Source of the DNA: Blasia pusilla
Taxonomy: Eukaryota
Direction of reading: 5' to 3'
DNA: 64,000 nt
Assembly (NCBI GenBank): GCA_050084515.1
Contig: CM114271.1
Location: forward strand, 37,386,001-37,450,000
The position numbers and the translations under genes are program-made. Numbering within the stretch: position 1 is the first letter of the stretch; each line of letters opens with the position of its first letter. Below are positions 37,636 to 50,520 of this stretch, in pieces. The notes under the pieces are model-generated. The model was not told where the DNA came from. It searched no databases and was given only the letters and a program-made list of their open reading frames with translations.

Positions 37636-39600
37636 AATCGCAGATAATTCTCGTTTCCTCCGCGCTCGCTCGCAGCTGGGATCGGCTTTCCCTTTCTGGC
37701 AGAATTGGAGCAGGCTGTACTAGGAGGGAGGCTACTTCCCATCCACCGGGGCCCATGAGAGCTCTGGCATTAATCTGCAAGTGCCCTAGAGAGGAAAGGT
37801 GGCCCGGCATGTGGCCCCACAACTCCACCTCGGATGCATGCTCTGCATCAGATCTGCCCATGGGCCCTTCCAGTTTCCAAGTGGCGATAGGAGTTTAAGT
37901 CAGTCAGTGGCTGCGAGTCAGGTCAGTCGTTCCGCTTTCGGAACTACTGTGGTGCGATCTGCATCTGAAGAATCTCTACGTCGTAACTGCTTTTAGACTG
38001 TCATGTCATCGGTCCTACCCGTTTTAAATTACCGTGCGAGAACGAACGACCTAGTCACAGGTCGTTCGAAACTGAGTCCGCCCGCGCGCTGGGCTGGAAC
38101 GAACGAATGGAAGAAAAGTTGCGTTTGTTTAGTCGCAGCGAGGATGTGGAAGTCGAGGGGGACGGGGGCAGGCGATTCACTGTGTTTGAATCCGTAGGGT
38201 GTATGTATGTCAGAGAGGGTGAGCGAGATCTGGGCCGACCCGCATACGCGTCGAGCGCTTCTGCAGAGAGCGAGCTCTACACGTACCAACGGCCACGCTC
38301 ACATTTGCCCTCTCGCACACCTTTCACGAGCTTCGAGCACACTACTACTACTCTCTCACGAACTATCGCATCGCATCCTCGCGTTTCAGACAGTTCCGGA
38401 ATGGGATGAGAAGCTACAACAACCAGCCACCGTCCCTCCCTCCCTCCCCGAATCCGGACATGAGAGTTCTTTGGAAACTTTTGCTGTTTGCGTGCGTGAC
38501 AGTGTGTGCGCGGACCGACGAGTTGGAGGCAAGTGTTCTCCCTCCCTCGTTCCGTCGCTCGCTGGCCCGTCGTCGTCGTCGTCGTCGTCGTCGGTCCCGA
38601 GGGTCAGGCAAACAACACAACACACTTATTGAGTGTTGGGGCTAAACAAAGAGAGGGAGGGAAGAATCCTTGCCCTGCAGCAGCTGAAATCCGGCTTGCG
38701 AATGCTCCGCTCACACCATCGCCAGCAGCCTCGGGCGGTGTGCCGTCTCGAGGGCGATGCGATCCCGCATGTCTGGATAATCGGAGGGAGGGAGGGGCGA
38801 GCCAAATATAGAGGAGCTCCAAGTCGCCTGGCGCGCGAACCGCCCGCCCGCCCTAGTACCGACGCAGGAGTGGTATTAGGGCTCGTGGAGTGATGGACAT
38901 GTGACGGGCGGGGCGTGCGAGCGCATACGGCGGTGAGTCAGTGAGGCAGTGACGCGATCCTCCTCCCTCTATCTTTACATAGCGTAGCCAGCCAAGATAA
39001 GTTCCTTTCTCCCCACGCACGATTCCGCGCGTGATCCCTCTCCTCCCCCTAATTTAGACAGACCCGCTCTCTCGTATCATTTTAAAATCGCCGCACAGTT
39101 CCCCGCTGAGTTAAAATTCTCCATCTGGTGTCCCACCCACCAACCAGCGATCTAGGCTGACATAGTGCGGTCCTTAATGCCCCCCACTCTCCCATGTGGG
39201 AGCCCGCAAAGTTGACCCGCATCAGCAAATCCACAACCCACGGACAGACGGAAGCGAAGCGAAGGGAGACTCCCGGCTCCCGGGGAAGGATCCCGTTGAG
39301 GGCCTCGGTCGTGGACACGTCCCTCGGTTCTCGGTGTCCTAGGATACGAAGCACAAGGAAAAGCAATCTGCAGCCATCCAACTTTACAGCACAATCATCT
39401 CCTCACGGCTCCGATGCAATCCAGCTGTACGTCTCCTAATGTTATGTTCCTGCCCGAGTGAGGCTGCCGCCGCCCGTGCAGAGCGAGTAGTCCGTTGGGG
39501 CCGACGCTGGGAAGGGCCGCGCGGTTTTTCTGTCAGGGCCCTCCTTGCACGGCATAGGGACCCGTTCAAGGGGATCTCTGCCCTCAAGATCGTCGTTAGG
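34800..39600. promoter_or_regulatory. CpG-rich, non-TE region with TATA-like motifs and CT/GA/CGT microsatellites; no recognisable protein
   Basis: High CpG content compared with the flanking TEs. catatatatt at 35598, (CT)n at about 36242-36265, (GA)n at about 37603-37630, (CGT)n at about 38568-38593. Confidence 0.4.
36280..36597 (+). ncRNA. Candidate miRNA-like fold-back
   Basis: Arm 36280-36308 pairs with arm 36570-36597 using many G:U pairs on the + strand transcript. Confidence 0.3.
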
Positions 39601-40737
39601 GGAATATATTCTTAATTCCGTGTCAAAACTGCTTCGTAAGCGTTTGTTTTTATTTCTTATTTTTATCAAATTTAGGGTTTGGCTTTGGTGAATAAATAAA
39701 ATAGGTTTTGTTGATGTCGATCCATGGCTTCCTCTTCCTCCTCCCATTATTTTAGGACGATCAAATTCCTTCTCCTTTTCTTTTATGAGTGTGCATCTTG
39801 TGGCATTTTGGACGTGATCCATGGAAGCAAGGTTCCCACCAATCTCTCCCAATATGGAAATCCTCAACTTGAGAGCCCCTAAAAACAGGATCTTAACTCG
39901 GTCCCTCATTTCAAAAGTGTGATTTTCTAGTGTGTCACACATGCCAACTTTTTTTTTATTGGTCTTACTTGTATCGACCATCCATCACGATGCAACATGG
40001 ATTGGGGAAGGCTCCTATTGTTCAATGTTTGGAAGTTAGGCTTATGAAATTCTTCCCACCCATTCGGATTTACAAAATCTCACTACTTTAACAAACTTCG
40101 TTTATGGATTAACTCATTCAAAACCTACTTACATGGCAACTTTTTGGATTCGCAAAATCTGCTAGTAACTTGGATCAACTGCTTTGTCCACATCCAAGCT
40201 TAGGAGAAAGTGGTTTTTGTTGGGTCTTGTTGTGCCCACCCCATCTACACCCCAATCAAGCATAATGCGGAAAGATATTATTATTCCAAAAATTCAAGAC
40301 TTTTGGTAGTGAGTGATTGTATATTTTCTTGATCCATCAAGGCCCGTTGCCCAAGCTCAATTCCACAAGCAACTAGTGCATCTTCATGGGAGCTTATTGC
40401 TTGTGGTGGCATGAGGCAAACAAGTTTCTTATGAATAATATGATGTTCCAAGAAATGCCTCGTCAAGTGGAGAACATCATTAGTCCAACCACACTAGCCT
40501 CAAAAAAAGAGGTAACCCATTAGATTACATCATTGATATTAATACTTAATCATGAATTACAGGAAACTGTTGATGAGAACAAAGAGCATCCCTCTCTTCC
40601 ACCATGATTATCATCTCCTAAGTGGATGAAGAAAATTTTGGATGCTAAGGGTTCATCAAGTGCTAGGGAAGTAGGTACTACACATGTCCAAGAAGATCCA
40701 AGAGACTAGAAGAGAAAAATAGAGCTTTTACACATCT

Positions 40738-43400
40738 TGTTAATATTTTCTTAACAACATTGCGTTCGACGCATGCGTGGCCCTTCCCTCTCTCCTCTCC
40801 TCTCCTCTCTTCTTAAGAGGTGAATATTCAATATCCAGGTGTTGACTTTCACCCTTGATATGAAAGGCCCCCTTATATGGAGAGAATCTTAGATTAGTGG
40901 TGATGACTTAGACATTAAAGTAATTATAGTTATATGACATTGATGGTTTATTGAGGAGAGTTTTGTTAGGATAACCTAATTCTATTTTCAATCAGGATAT
41001 GTGGCATACTAATATGTCGTGGTAGTCTGAGGTGCAACACCAAGCATACCCACTATAAAACACAAACAAAATTCTAGTAATTATAGAATAGAAGAAAATA
41101 TTTCAAATACACTATTTTTCAAAAAGCTTATAAAGTTAGGAAATGCAACAATAGTCTATTCTTGTACATCAAATTTTCTCCAAAATTAGGTTCCATGAAA
41201 GTTTTGCTAGGAGTGCTCGAACACGAACACACTAGTCTATTTTGTATCTTCAAGATTCATTACCCATAGACTGAATTTTTTTCATATGTTATTCACATGA
41301 TATGAGAGTAATAGGTTATCCATAATTTTCTATCTATAGATCGGGTGTGCGCAAAAAATTTAGGGATGTTTATTTCTTCCTCTTTTTTTGCTTATCCTCC
41401 TTCGTTGGATGAGGGGAACTAAGATAGGTCTAACTCTATCATTTCAAGTTTAAGATAAACATTGTTTTTGAATTTATTTGGAAGATTATCACAAAGGTTG
41501 ATTCAAATCCATGAGCTATGCTAAGTTTTGCATCCACGTTGTCATTTATTGATCTTGTATTGCTGCTAGTGTGGAAATGCAAGAATATTGACGAGAATGT
41601 TGATGCCTTCAATATTATTGTTACAAATGTGATCGATTTAGTCATGACACCTTCAACATTTTACCAATACTTTTGAGGCATAGAGCACTCTTAAGAATCA
41701 ATATATAACTAAGATTGAGACTCTGATGAAGAATTTGAAGAATCAACATATATGTGTGAAATTTCCATAAGATGAGAGCATAAAACAATATTGATTCTTC
41801 ACTGGGATCTATAATCTTTAAGATCATATGGCATCGGTGGGAATTTAAAAGTCAAGTGAAGACCTTTCTCATTATTGCATAAGAATTTTTTCCTCCAAAA
41901 TCTGATTGGTTGGTCATACCATTGAATATTCAAGTAAGATCTATGATATTAAGCTTAGAACAATTTGGAAATGCAATTGTGTACAAGATAAAATATGCTT
42001 CAAAGACAGAGAAGGAAACGATGCTATATTATTACCAAAATCTAGAGATGAAGGAATAATGATTCAAGTTCAAAGTTATAGAAGAAATTTCAAAATACTT
42101 GTTACCAATGTTCTTATTGTGATAAAAAAGACGAACTAGGATGATAAGAACCGTTGTTTAAAACCTTGGAAGGATTTTGGATTTTTTATAGAATTCGGGG
42201 AATATGAGGTAGATGCTTGGATAATAATCAAATAATTAGTAATAAAATAAAATTACTCTATCAAGTCTAAAAGTGAAGATTTATGAATATTTACCACTTG
42301 AGCATCAAAGCTGCATATGACCAATTCGAAGCATTTGTATAGCTCCTTACAAAATTGGGAATACTCAAAAGTTCCTACTAGAAGGTGAAGGCATAGTTCC
42401 CTTAGTCTCATGAAAGGGTGATGAATTTATTTCCATTCTCGAGTTTCCATTATATTATTTGTACAAGATTTGACGCAAAGATTTATTTCAATCATAATAT
42501 TATATGACTTTGATTTAAAATTTTGATTCAATAAAGCTTGAGTAATCATGGAGAATGCCAAGGGAAGATTAGTGTCATAAGATATCCAATGTGGAAACAT
42601 CTATGAGTTATGTGCTTTCACAATAAGTGTAAATATAAGTCTTGCCATTAGTAAGCTATGACATAAGATATTTGATCACTTAAGATTCACTTTACTTTGT
42701 TAAATGTATAAATCTAGAATGGTTGCTAATTTGCCCCCAAAAATGTAGAATGTCTAATACATGTGAAGCTTATATCATGTGCATGCAACATTGATAGGTA
42801 TTTCCACAAGAATCAAGAAATAGAGCAAAGATTCCACTTCAATTAGGACCAACCTTGATTCAAAAAAGCAAGAAGTGCATATTCATAGGATACAATGATG
42901 AGTCTCATCATGCATGTGGTGTCTTGAGGCAACGAAGATTCTTATGACTTCTGATGGTTTACATCCATATTAATTATAGATCATTAATTGAACCAATTCG
43001 GTGATTAGAACAAAGTACAATTTTCATACTCAATCTAAGTGGAGGAAGCAATTCTTGGATGATAATAATCCATAGAAAATTGATGATTCAAAAATAGCAA
43101 CATATATGAGAAGATCCAAGAGTCTAGAGAAGAGAAAAAGAGCTTCCATATCTCTTATCAATACAATCTTAATTATGGCAAATGTAGGTCTTCTACATAG
43201 CTTCATAGGTCTTGAGATTTGGAATGGTAAGATTCTATTTTCATCTCTTAATATGAAATGCACTCGACAGACTTTGAAGGCATTCGGAATAACTAAGTGG
43301 GTATGGACGTGATCTCGTTAATGGAGGTTGATATGAAATTCTATACGGAGGATGTTGAACCATGAGTGAAACTATCACACTTTAGAATCAAACAAAGAAA
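40738..43400 (+). mobile_element. Decayed Ty1/copia retrotransposon (5' LTR 40738-41297, degenerate Met-PBS, gag/pol remnants)
   Basis: LTR TGTT...CACA followed by TGATATGAGAGT (9/12 match to TGGTATCAGAGC). gag-like STLKNQYITKIETL...DESIKQY. RT-like VGLLHSFIGLEIW...LKAFG near 43180-43290. A related linker fragment lies just upstream (40690-40737 resembles 43108-43155). Confidence 0.7.
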
Positions 43401-43721
43401 TTTTTTGGCTCAATCAGATTTTTTCCGAGGGGAAATAAATCCAAACCCAAACCATTTTGTGATAGACTTAGGATGGTTACAAAAACATGTGTTTTACTAA
43501 ACTATTTCTTCAATTTTCCTCACTTACCTGAAGCACAAAGATATTCTTTTGAGTAGAAGTTTACACTTCCTTCAAAATTCTTTGTGGTTCATCCCTTCTC
43601 CACTCATGGAGTTACAAATGAAACTATCTCTTCTTTTCTTGTATCAACACCAAAAAGAAACCCACTTGTCATCTTCTAAGTATGGACATTTCGATAAGAT
43701 AACACTTGAATCTTAGGCATT

Positions 43722-46700
43722 TGTCACATCTGAGTAGCCCATAGGCCGAGATCTATCGTGGATAGGGCGTAGGAGCCAACGGACTATCTTGAGTGTAACT
43801 TTGTCCCACGGTGTCCGATGAGGTTGAGGATAGATCCATTGTGTCAGGAACATTGTTTCTGACAACTTTCATGTTGAGGTCTTTCACAGCCGGCTGACTT
43901 GTTGACCGGGTTACCGCCCCTACAGTAACCTTTGTCTTGATGAGTTACCAAGGAGAGGGCTATTTTTAGGGAAAGAGCCTTTTGGCTCTTCCCAACCCTA
44001 TATAAGAGAGGAAGATGGCTTTCCTAAGCCATCTTTCTCATGTTGGGCCGTTGGAGCACCTCTCTTGTATGTGTGTGAGATAGCACTAGGATGCTAGCGT
44101 CCGCATTCCTTGATAGCACAAGGTGGACGAGGCTCGATATGCCGATGTAGATTGAGGAGTGGAGTTTTAGGCCGGGTGTGCCGTTTTTACTACTCTTTAT
44201 TTCTACATGAGAAAGATGTCAAGGGGCTAGTGGGAATTCGTTGTTTGCACATAGGCAAACGAGTTGCCTTGGTCGGGAGCCTATGGAGACGTTGGTTGGC
44301 GTCGTATTTGTCATTTTTTCTATTCGGAAGGCCGTGGGCGGAAGCGCTGTCCGTTTTTCTCAGATTTTGCTGGGACGGATTGACGCGGGACAACAGCTGA
44401 GTGTAGTGTGCGGTGGAGCGTCGGGTGTACGTGAGTGAGGGTGTCGAGAGAGAGAAGAAAAGAGAGTTAGGGCTTGCAGCCGTTGGGGGCGCTGACGGGC
44501 GTTTAGGTTGGCGGACGGTGGGCAGCGACGGCGCCCCCCATTTATTGCCCCCTCCCCAAAAGTTGGGGAGGCCCATAGGGGTGCGGGCCAGCCCCCCCCC
44601 CCCGCATTTAGGGCCCAAGGGGCCGCATAGGGCCGTGGGCCAAGTTACCCCCCGGCGAACGTGGTAGGACGGACGAGGTCGGTCCGGCAAACGTGGTAGG
44701 GCACGAACAGACGTGGTCAGTCGGGCAGACGTTGTTGAGAGTCCCGATGTGGTCGGGGTCATGTTCACGTGGTCGGACATGGCGTACGTGGTTGGAGTGG
44801 AGCCCGACCAGGGTGAGTCAAGTTACATGCCGCGTGTGGGGATGGACGGAGATGTTTGCGTGACATGATGTTTTTGGGGCGCGATAGGGCGTTGCGAGAG
44901 TTGACGATGGAGGGGCAGTGCGCATGTTGCTGACGGGTTGTCCGTATCTGTTGACGGGAGGATCGACGTGTTGGTCGAGGAGAGTGTTGTGTTGCGGAGA
45001 TTGTCATATCACGTGGAGGAGTGCATGTTGACGGTGCAGCAGGTTGGAGGGCGTGATCAGGTTACCCATTCGAGTCCCTTTTCCCGCACTTGTCGTGTGT
45101 GATTGAGAGTGTTGGGTATCGGGTAGTAGCTGGTGCTAGGTGGGTGCAATGATGGTGACGAGTGTAGATTCTGTTCATGGGTAGCATGTTGGTGGATATA
45201 CGGCGGTTTCCGAGTAGGGGTCGCGTGTATGACCCGAGAGAGTGTCGCTAGGTTAGGTGAGTCAGTTGGGAGGCTCATGGTGAGCCTGAGTGTTGAGTGT
45301 GCGTGAGGCCGGGTATGTCATCACGGGATTGATGTTAGCATAGGTGAGCTAGTGAGGAGTGTGGGAGACTCGCGGTGAGTCTGAGTGCTTGAGCGGGTGA
45401 GACAGGGTTTGTCATCACGGCGTTCTTCCAGGGTTCGGAAGAACGGGGTAGTGCGAGCAGTAGTAGTGGTGTGATACGGAGTGGAGTGAGATACTGAGGG
45501 TTACCACTGAGGAGCTACCTTGACATCCATCCGTGGCTGGATCTTCATCACTGGACACTGGGTCTGGTGACGAGATCGCAGACGGAGACAGTAGTACTTG
45601 GCAGGAGATGGACGACATGGGCCATCGGGGCATGCGTCGTTTCTCAGGTGCAGTGGGCACCATCGACTTAGATGATTTTATCTAGGAGTTCGACACATGG
45701 TGCGAATTCCAAGAGATCAGGACCCGACACGGTTCAACCCTTTCATGGCATGCAAGGGGTTGTTCCAGCACTTGGAGGGTCCTCCGATGGATGACTACAT
45801 GGAGTTTCGATCACTATATTCAGTAGAGATCGATGCCTGGAGGATGTATTAGGCTCCAAGGTATGTGTCCACTGGTGTCGCGAGGCATATGATGGGAGTG
45901 TGAGAAGAGAGAGACCCACACCATCAGCCCAGAGACTAGATGGAGAGGAGGGCAGTGAGACAGGCAATGTGGTAGAGACCTCTGGTGGTAGAGGGCCACC
46001 CAACTTCAGCCCCACAGTGGAGTTCTTCCGACAGTTGGGGAAGAGCTACCAAGGCGTACTCATCGACAAGCTGAAGAGTCTACACGATTTTCAGCGACGA
46101 TCGGGTGAGAGTCTGAGAGAGGCATTCACACGCATGAGGAGGCTGATCATATCATTGCTACGTTTGGAATGACTGAGGCGCAGTCAGTCCAGTATTGGTA
46201 CGGGGTTCTGGACTTCTCTCACGCATCGATCAGTTGGAGCAGAGGATTGCTGCCATGACGATGATGCAGCTTAGGGAAGGCACAGAGCTGCGAGCAGCTA
46301 GTGTGACTCCAACTTCTACCTCTTACCTTGACCCGGGTGAGGATCTCGCCAGTATGGGATTTATGTGTAGTGTAGCCCAGGTTGAGGCAGCTGTAGTGGT
46401 GACTCGAGGTGCTACGAGAGGCACCGAGCCATCGAGAGGTGGCGTTGAGATTGACCCACCAGAGGGGACCAATGGGCGGCAGGCCAGGGTTCCACAGTCA
46501 TTCACATTGTCGGAGGCACTACACACACCACCAATGGAGCCTCGACGACCAGCGGTGCCTACAGCTCAGGCACCTACGTCGACATCACGAGGAGTTGGAG
46601 TGACAACTCCTATGCCAGCTCGAGTGGAGTCAGTGTCGAACATAGTGTTGGAGGTGGCCACCAGAGTGAGTCAGACTCCACTATTTTCCGCCATAGAGTT

Positions 46701-47707
46701 GGCGACGTTGGGAGTTGGACCAGCTGAGGTGTTCCGGTTGGCCGCCACGTTGTGTGAGCGTGGAGAGATGACTGCTTCTTGTTCAGAGGTAGTTGAGGAG
46801 GTGGTGGACTTGCCCTCAGAGCTGGTGCTCGAGACGTTCCCCATAGAGTCATGGCATGCGGCGGTGGCAAAGTTGGTAGATATGCGAGCTCGACCGACCA
46901 TAGAGCGAGCAGTGGTGATACCTGGAGTAGTGTTACTGGATAACCGAGCTCGAGTATTTTGCTTAGTTAGTCCGAAGGAGACAGTATACCACCCGCAACG
47001 CGTCCTACTTGATTCGGGAGCGCAACCCTTGATGTTAGGGAAGGCGGCGTGTTTAGTGTTGGGGTTACGGAAGGCCGACATTGAGCCTTGTCCCTTCTAG
47101 ATACCGACCTCGATTGGGGGCGTATCACCCACTCAGTATATGACTCGACAGGAGATTGTTGTTAGAGTCCAGCCAGAGCATGCGACGGATAGTGATATGG
47201 TGCGCACACGTGCGATTACGACACCAGCTGAGTCGTACGATGTGTTGGTGGGGAGTACAGTGTTATATCTCCTAGGATTCATCCTTGACTTCTGGGAGGA
47301 ATCCGTTGCTTATCGGCCAGGATGGCGGTCAGGTGACGGCGGATGAGTCAATTATCCGTGCAGTTTGCGGGATAAGGTGGTCGATCACGAGGCGAGTCTG
47401 TGACCACGTTGGAAGCTTTCACAGGTAGTGTTAGCTGGCCATGAGAGTTTTTGGGATAGGGAGGATGTCCTAGTAGCAGATAGTCCCACGGAGAGACAGG
47501 CCATGGCGGGTGTCTCTTCCCATGTTGGCGAGGCCTCTTCACCATTGTGGGGTACGACTCGAGAGCTACAGGGGAGTGTTGACGACCTCGTGAGGCAGGC
47601 GTGGAGTCATGTTTTTATCCCGGAGCAGCGAGAGTCACGTGGCGATCGGGCTCTTGGAGTGGAGACGTTGACCCCACTGGATACCACACCTATTGTGTGG
47701 CAGATTT
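43722..47707 (+). mobile_element. DNMT-retroelement family, copy 2 (5' repeat A, leader, gag with Zn-knuckles deleted, protease; 3'-truncated just before DNMT motif I)
   Basis: Starts TGTCACATC after CATT. Repeat A 43722-~44205. Leader 44960-45600 aligns with 22760-23390. Ends at LDTTPIVWQ(I). Confidence 0.9.
45608..47707 (+). pseudogene. gag-aspartic protease polyprotein remnant, copy 2
   Basis: MDDMGHRGMRRFSGAVGTIDLDDFI*EFDTWC; GLFQHLEGPPMDDYMEF; KLKSLHDFQRRSGESLREAFTRMRRL; VLLDSGAQPLMLG (about 47002-47040); YDVLVGS. Confidence 0.9.
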
Positions 47708-47709
47708 AA

Positions 47710-50520
47710 ACAACGTAGTTAGGCTTAATCAGGCTCAGTAATTCTTCAATGAAGAGTCACAACTATTCACAATTCTTGATTTCTTTACTTTGCCGAGATT
47801 TCTTGCAACTTATTAGCCAACTAAAACAAAGAAGGATTTGCTAATTGGTCCTTCAATCTTTTATTTCCTAAATGGATCGATCTATATCAAATTTCCATAT
47901 CTTTCTTTCTAAATGTATGACTCTTTCTCCTGAGGCTACTGATTCAAATGCCATGCTATTTCGATCCTTATCAGATTTCTTCGTTAACTCTCTCACAAAC
48001 TCAATCTTATCTACCATCATTTGATAACTTTCTTTAAATGTACTATGATCCTATATTGCTCTTGGGCTTAAACCTACCATTACACATCCCCATTTTTCTT
48101 CCAACTCTACCATAGCCATCTTCATCTTCTTCAATGATGGTTCCTCTTGAATGTCTTTTCCCAGAGGTAAAAAAGGTTAGGATTGGTACTTCATAATTTT
48201 TTGGTACCTCATTTGATTCAAACTACACAATTTTCAATGTGACTTCCCAATATTGGAACCCATCCTTGGGATCCTTTTCAAATTGCTTAGCCAAAATCAA
48301 GTAAACAACATTGTTTACTTGATTAATCCATAAAATTGAAGGACACAAATCTGCGTTTTGAATCTAAGAACTCCTAATTGCATTTCCATCACCAAGGAGA
48401 GCCCCTAATATGCCTTTGGTTAATCAAATCCCTATAGCATGTCTATGCAAAAGCCTAAGTGATAAATGATATAGATATCACCTAAGCTACATACTAGAAA
48501 ACTTTTCCTAGCTCTAAACTCGACTTCCTCTTCTAGAATCATCATCTTGATGTTCAATGTTTGGCCCGAGGTGATTCTTGGATGTTCGTACGCATAGATC
48601 ATAACTTAGGATTGCTTCACGTTGATTTCTGGCACTCCCAACATCTCCACCGCTTGAGGATGTAGGAAGTTGTACGTCGCTCATATGTTAATCAAAGCAA
48701 CCATAAATTTTCTCACAATTAGTACCTATACTAGAAATTGACATTTACTAGCATCTTGATGCGAATCGTTTGAAGGTTCATCACCTTCCCTTAACTTATT
48801 TCCTAAAGACTCCCGATCACTCGCTTTGAACGTAAAGACATTAGTTCCCATTACCTAGTCAAGATCCTTACATTTGGTGGTTGATCAAACTCGTTAAGGA
48901 GGCAATGCGATATTTCTTAAATTGGTTCCCTTTGCTTTGGGAAACTCTTGCTTGAAGTGAACCATCTCTCCGCAGACATAAAATTCTCTAGCACTAAGTT
49001 CTCTTGAGGTTGCTCCTTGCTTAGAACTTGGAGCTTGCTCGAGTTTGAACTCTATTGCGGTCTTGTCTCTTTGGGTTTCCTCTTGTTAGCCTCTCCAAAC
49101 AATGCTTCCGCCTTCATAGATAGGGCCATCTTGTCTCTCTTCTCAAAACTCAAGTCGTCCGTCACAAGTTGAGTGGCCATATCAGTAGCCACCTTTAGCT
49201 TCCCAAAATTTTTTGTCGGCTTTTCACTCTTCTCGTGCGATTCTCTTTCCAACTTAGGCAGTATGGGTTTCATAAGTTAAAGGCTTGGTTGACATCATTC
49301 ATGTCATCAATCACCCCCAACGTATCTTAGAACTGAGTGATGAAGCTTGTGATCAAGCCTCCCAACTACATCTATCATAATCGATTCCTAACATGGGTTG
49401 CTTGATTATCGGGCGCTAAACACCTCCTCATTTTTTAGGTGAGCACCCCCCAATCCAGCTCCATGGTATTTTGGTCCTACAAAATTCCTTATACTATGTG
49501 AGTGCCTATACCTCCAACTTTAGAGAGTCATCGACTCCCCACCTAACTTTCAGAATTTGATAAGTTGCAAAAATGTGCCCCACCTTAGTCACCAACTGAT
49601 TGAGATGCTGAGTTGATATCCATCTTGCCCCTATATACAGATAACTATGTCCTACCTCAACCAACTAACACCTTGGGGATGGTGATGAATTTCTTAGCCA
49701 TGCTTTCACATATCCCTCTCATATGAAGAGTGATTTTACAAGTCTAAATCTCGTGTTGAAGTACCTTATTAAATTTTTTTAGGCACCTCAAAGGTAATTG
49801 TATATGCTTAATGATATCCTTATCTCAAGATAGGTAATAAGCATCATTCTTGAGATTCTTTAGAGTCATTTTTTGATTCAGATGACCAACCCACAATATA
49901 CCATGATATACCTTGGTCTTGAAACTCTGAAAAAATTACATATATGTCTTTACTTCCAATTTTGGATCCCATCTTCCAATATGATATGCCGGACACTTAT
50001 CCCCTTCTTCAATACCACTAGCCATACCAAGGCCATTTCGACGTCTCTAAGATGGTCTTGGTAGGTTATCCTTACCAAGTCTCTCCAATTAATTCCTAAC
50101 ATCCAAGTTCCTAAGTTCTTGTTAGGCATTTTTCCAAGATTTTGAAGATGTTGCTACCACATTCTCCTTTCCCAACTTTTAGCTGAAAGTTGTATCGAAT
50201 GTCACCAAAGACTTTTCATTTGCATCATATTTTTTGTGATAACTTATAAAATTTTGACTTGAAGTATAATTGAGTGTGATCATGTTGTTGTAAACCTTAA
50301 AATCTAATTTTGGACTTTGTAATGGGTATATCTCTCACTAGATTCATCAAGAGATGAATAATTGGATTCATCTCTCTTCCAAAAGTTGGCCAAATATTCT
50401 CTAGCTTGGATAACTTAAAAGATACCAATTCACCTCCTTGATTAAGAAATCCTCAATTGGAAAATTGAGTAGGAACAAGTTGTTTGAAAAGCCTTCCAAT
50501 GGAGTATTACTTTATCATCT
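47710..50520 (-). mobile_element. Decayed Ty3/gypsy fragments (gag-knuckle-protease 47710-49270; RNase H/integrase-side debris 49330-50520)
   Basis: FYVCGEMVHFKQEFP (knuckle-like, about 48940-48985), VALINI*ATYNFL (protease-like, about 48660-48700) and LGKENVVA (RNase H end, about 50150-50180). Confidence 0.6.

Noticed and set aside
44190-44780. 196-aa antisense ORF in the copy 2 leader as a possible tyrosine recombinase
   Set aside because: It has no R...HxxR...Y catalytic pattern, is low-complexity and GC-rich, and is not preserved as an ORF in copy 1.
45061-45092. ttcgagtccc...cgca resembling a tRNA T-arm
   Set aside because: There is no T-stem pairing or cloverleaf, and it is part of the retroelement leader shared with about 22861-22890.
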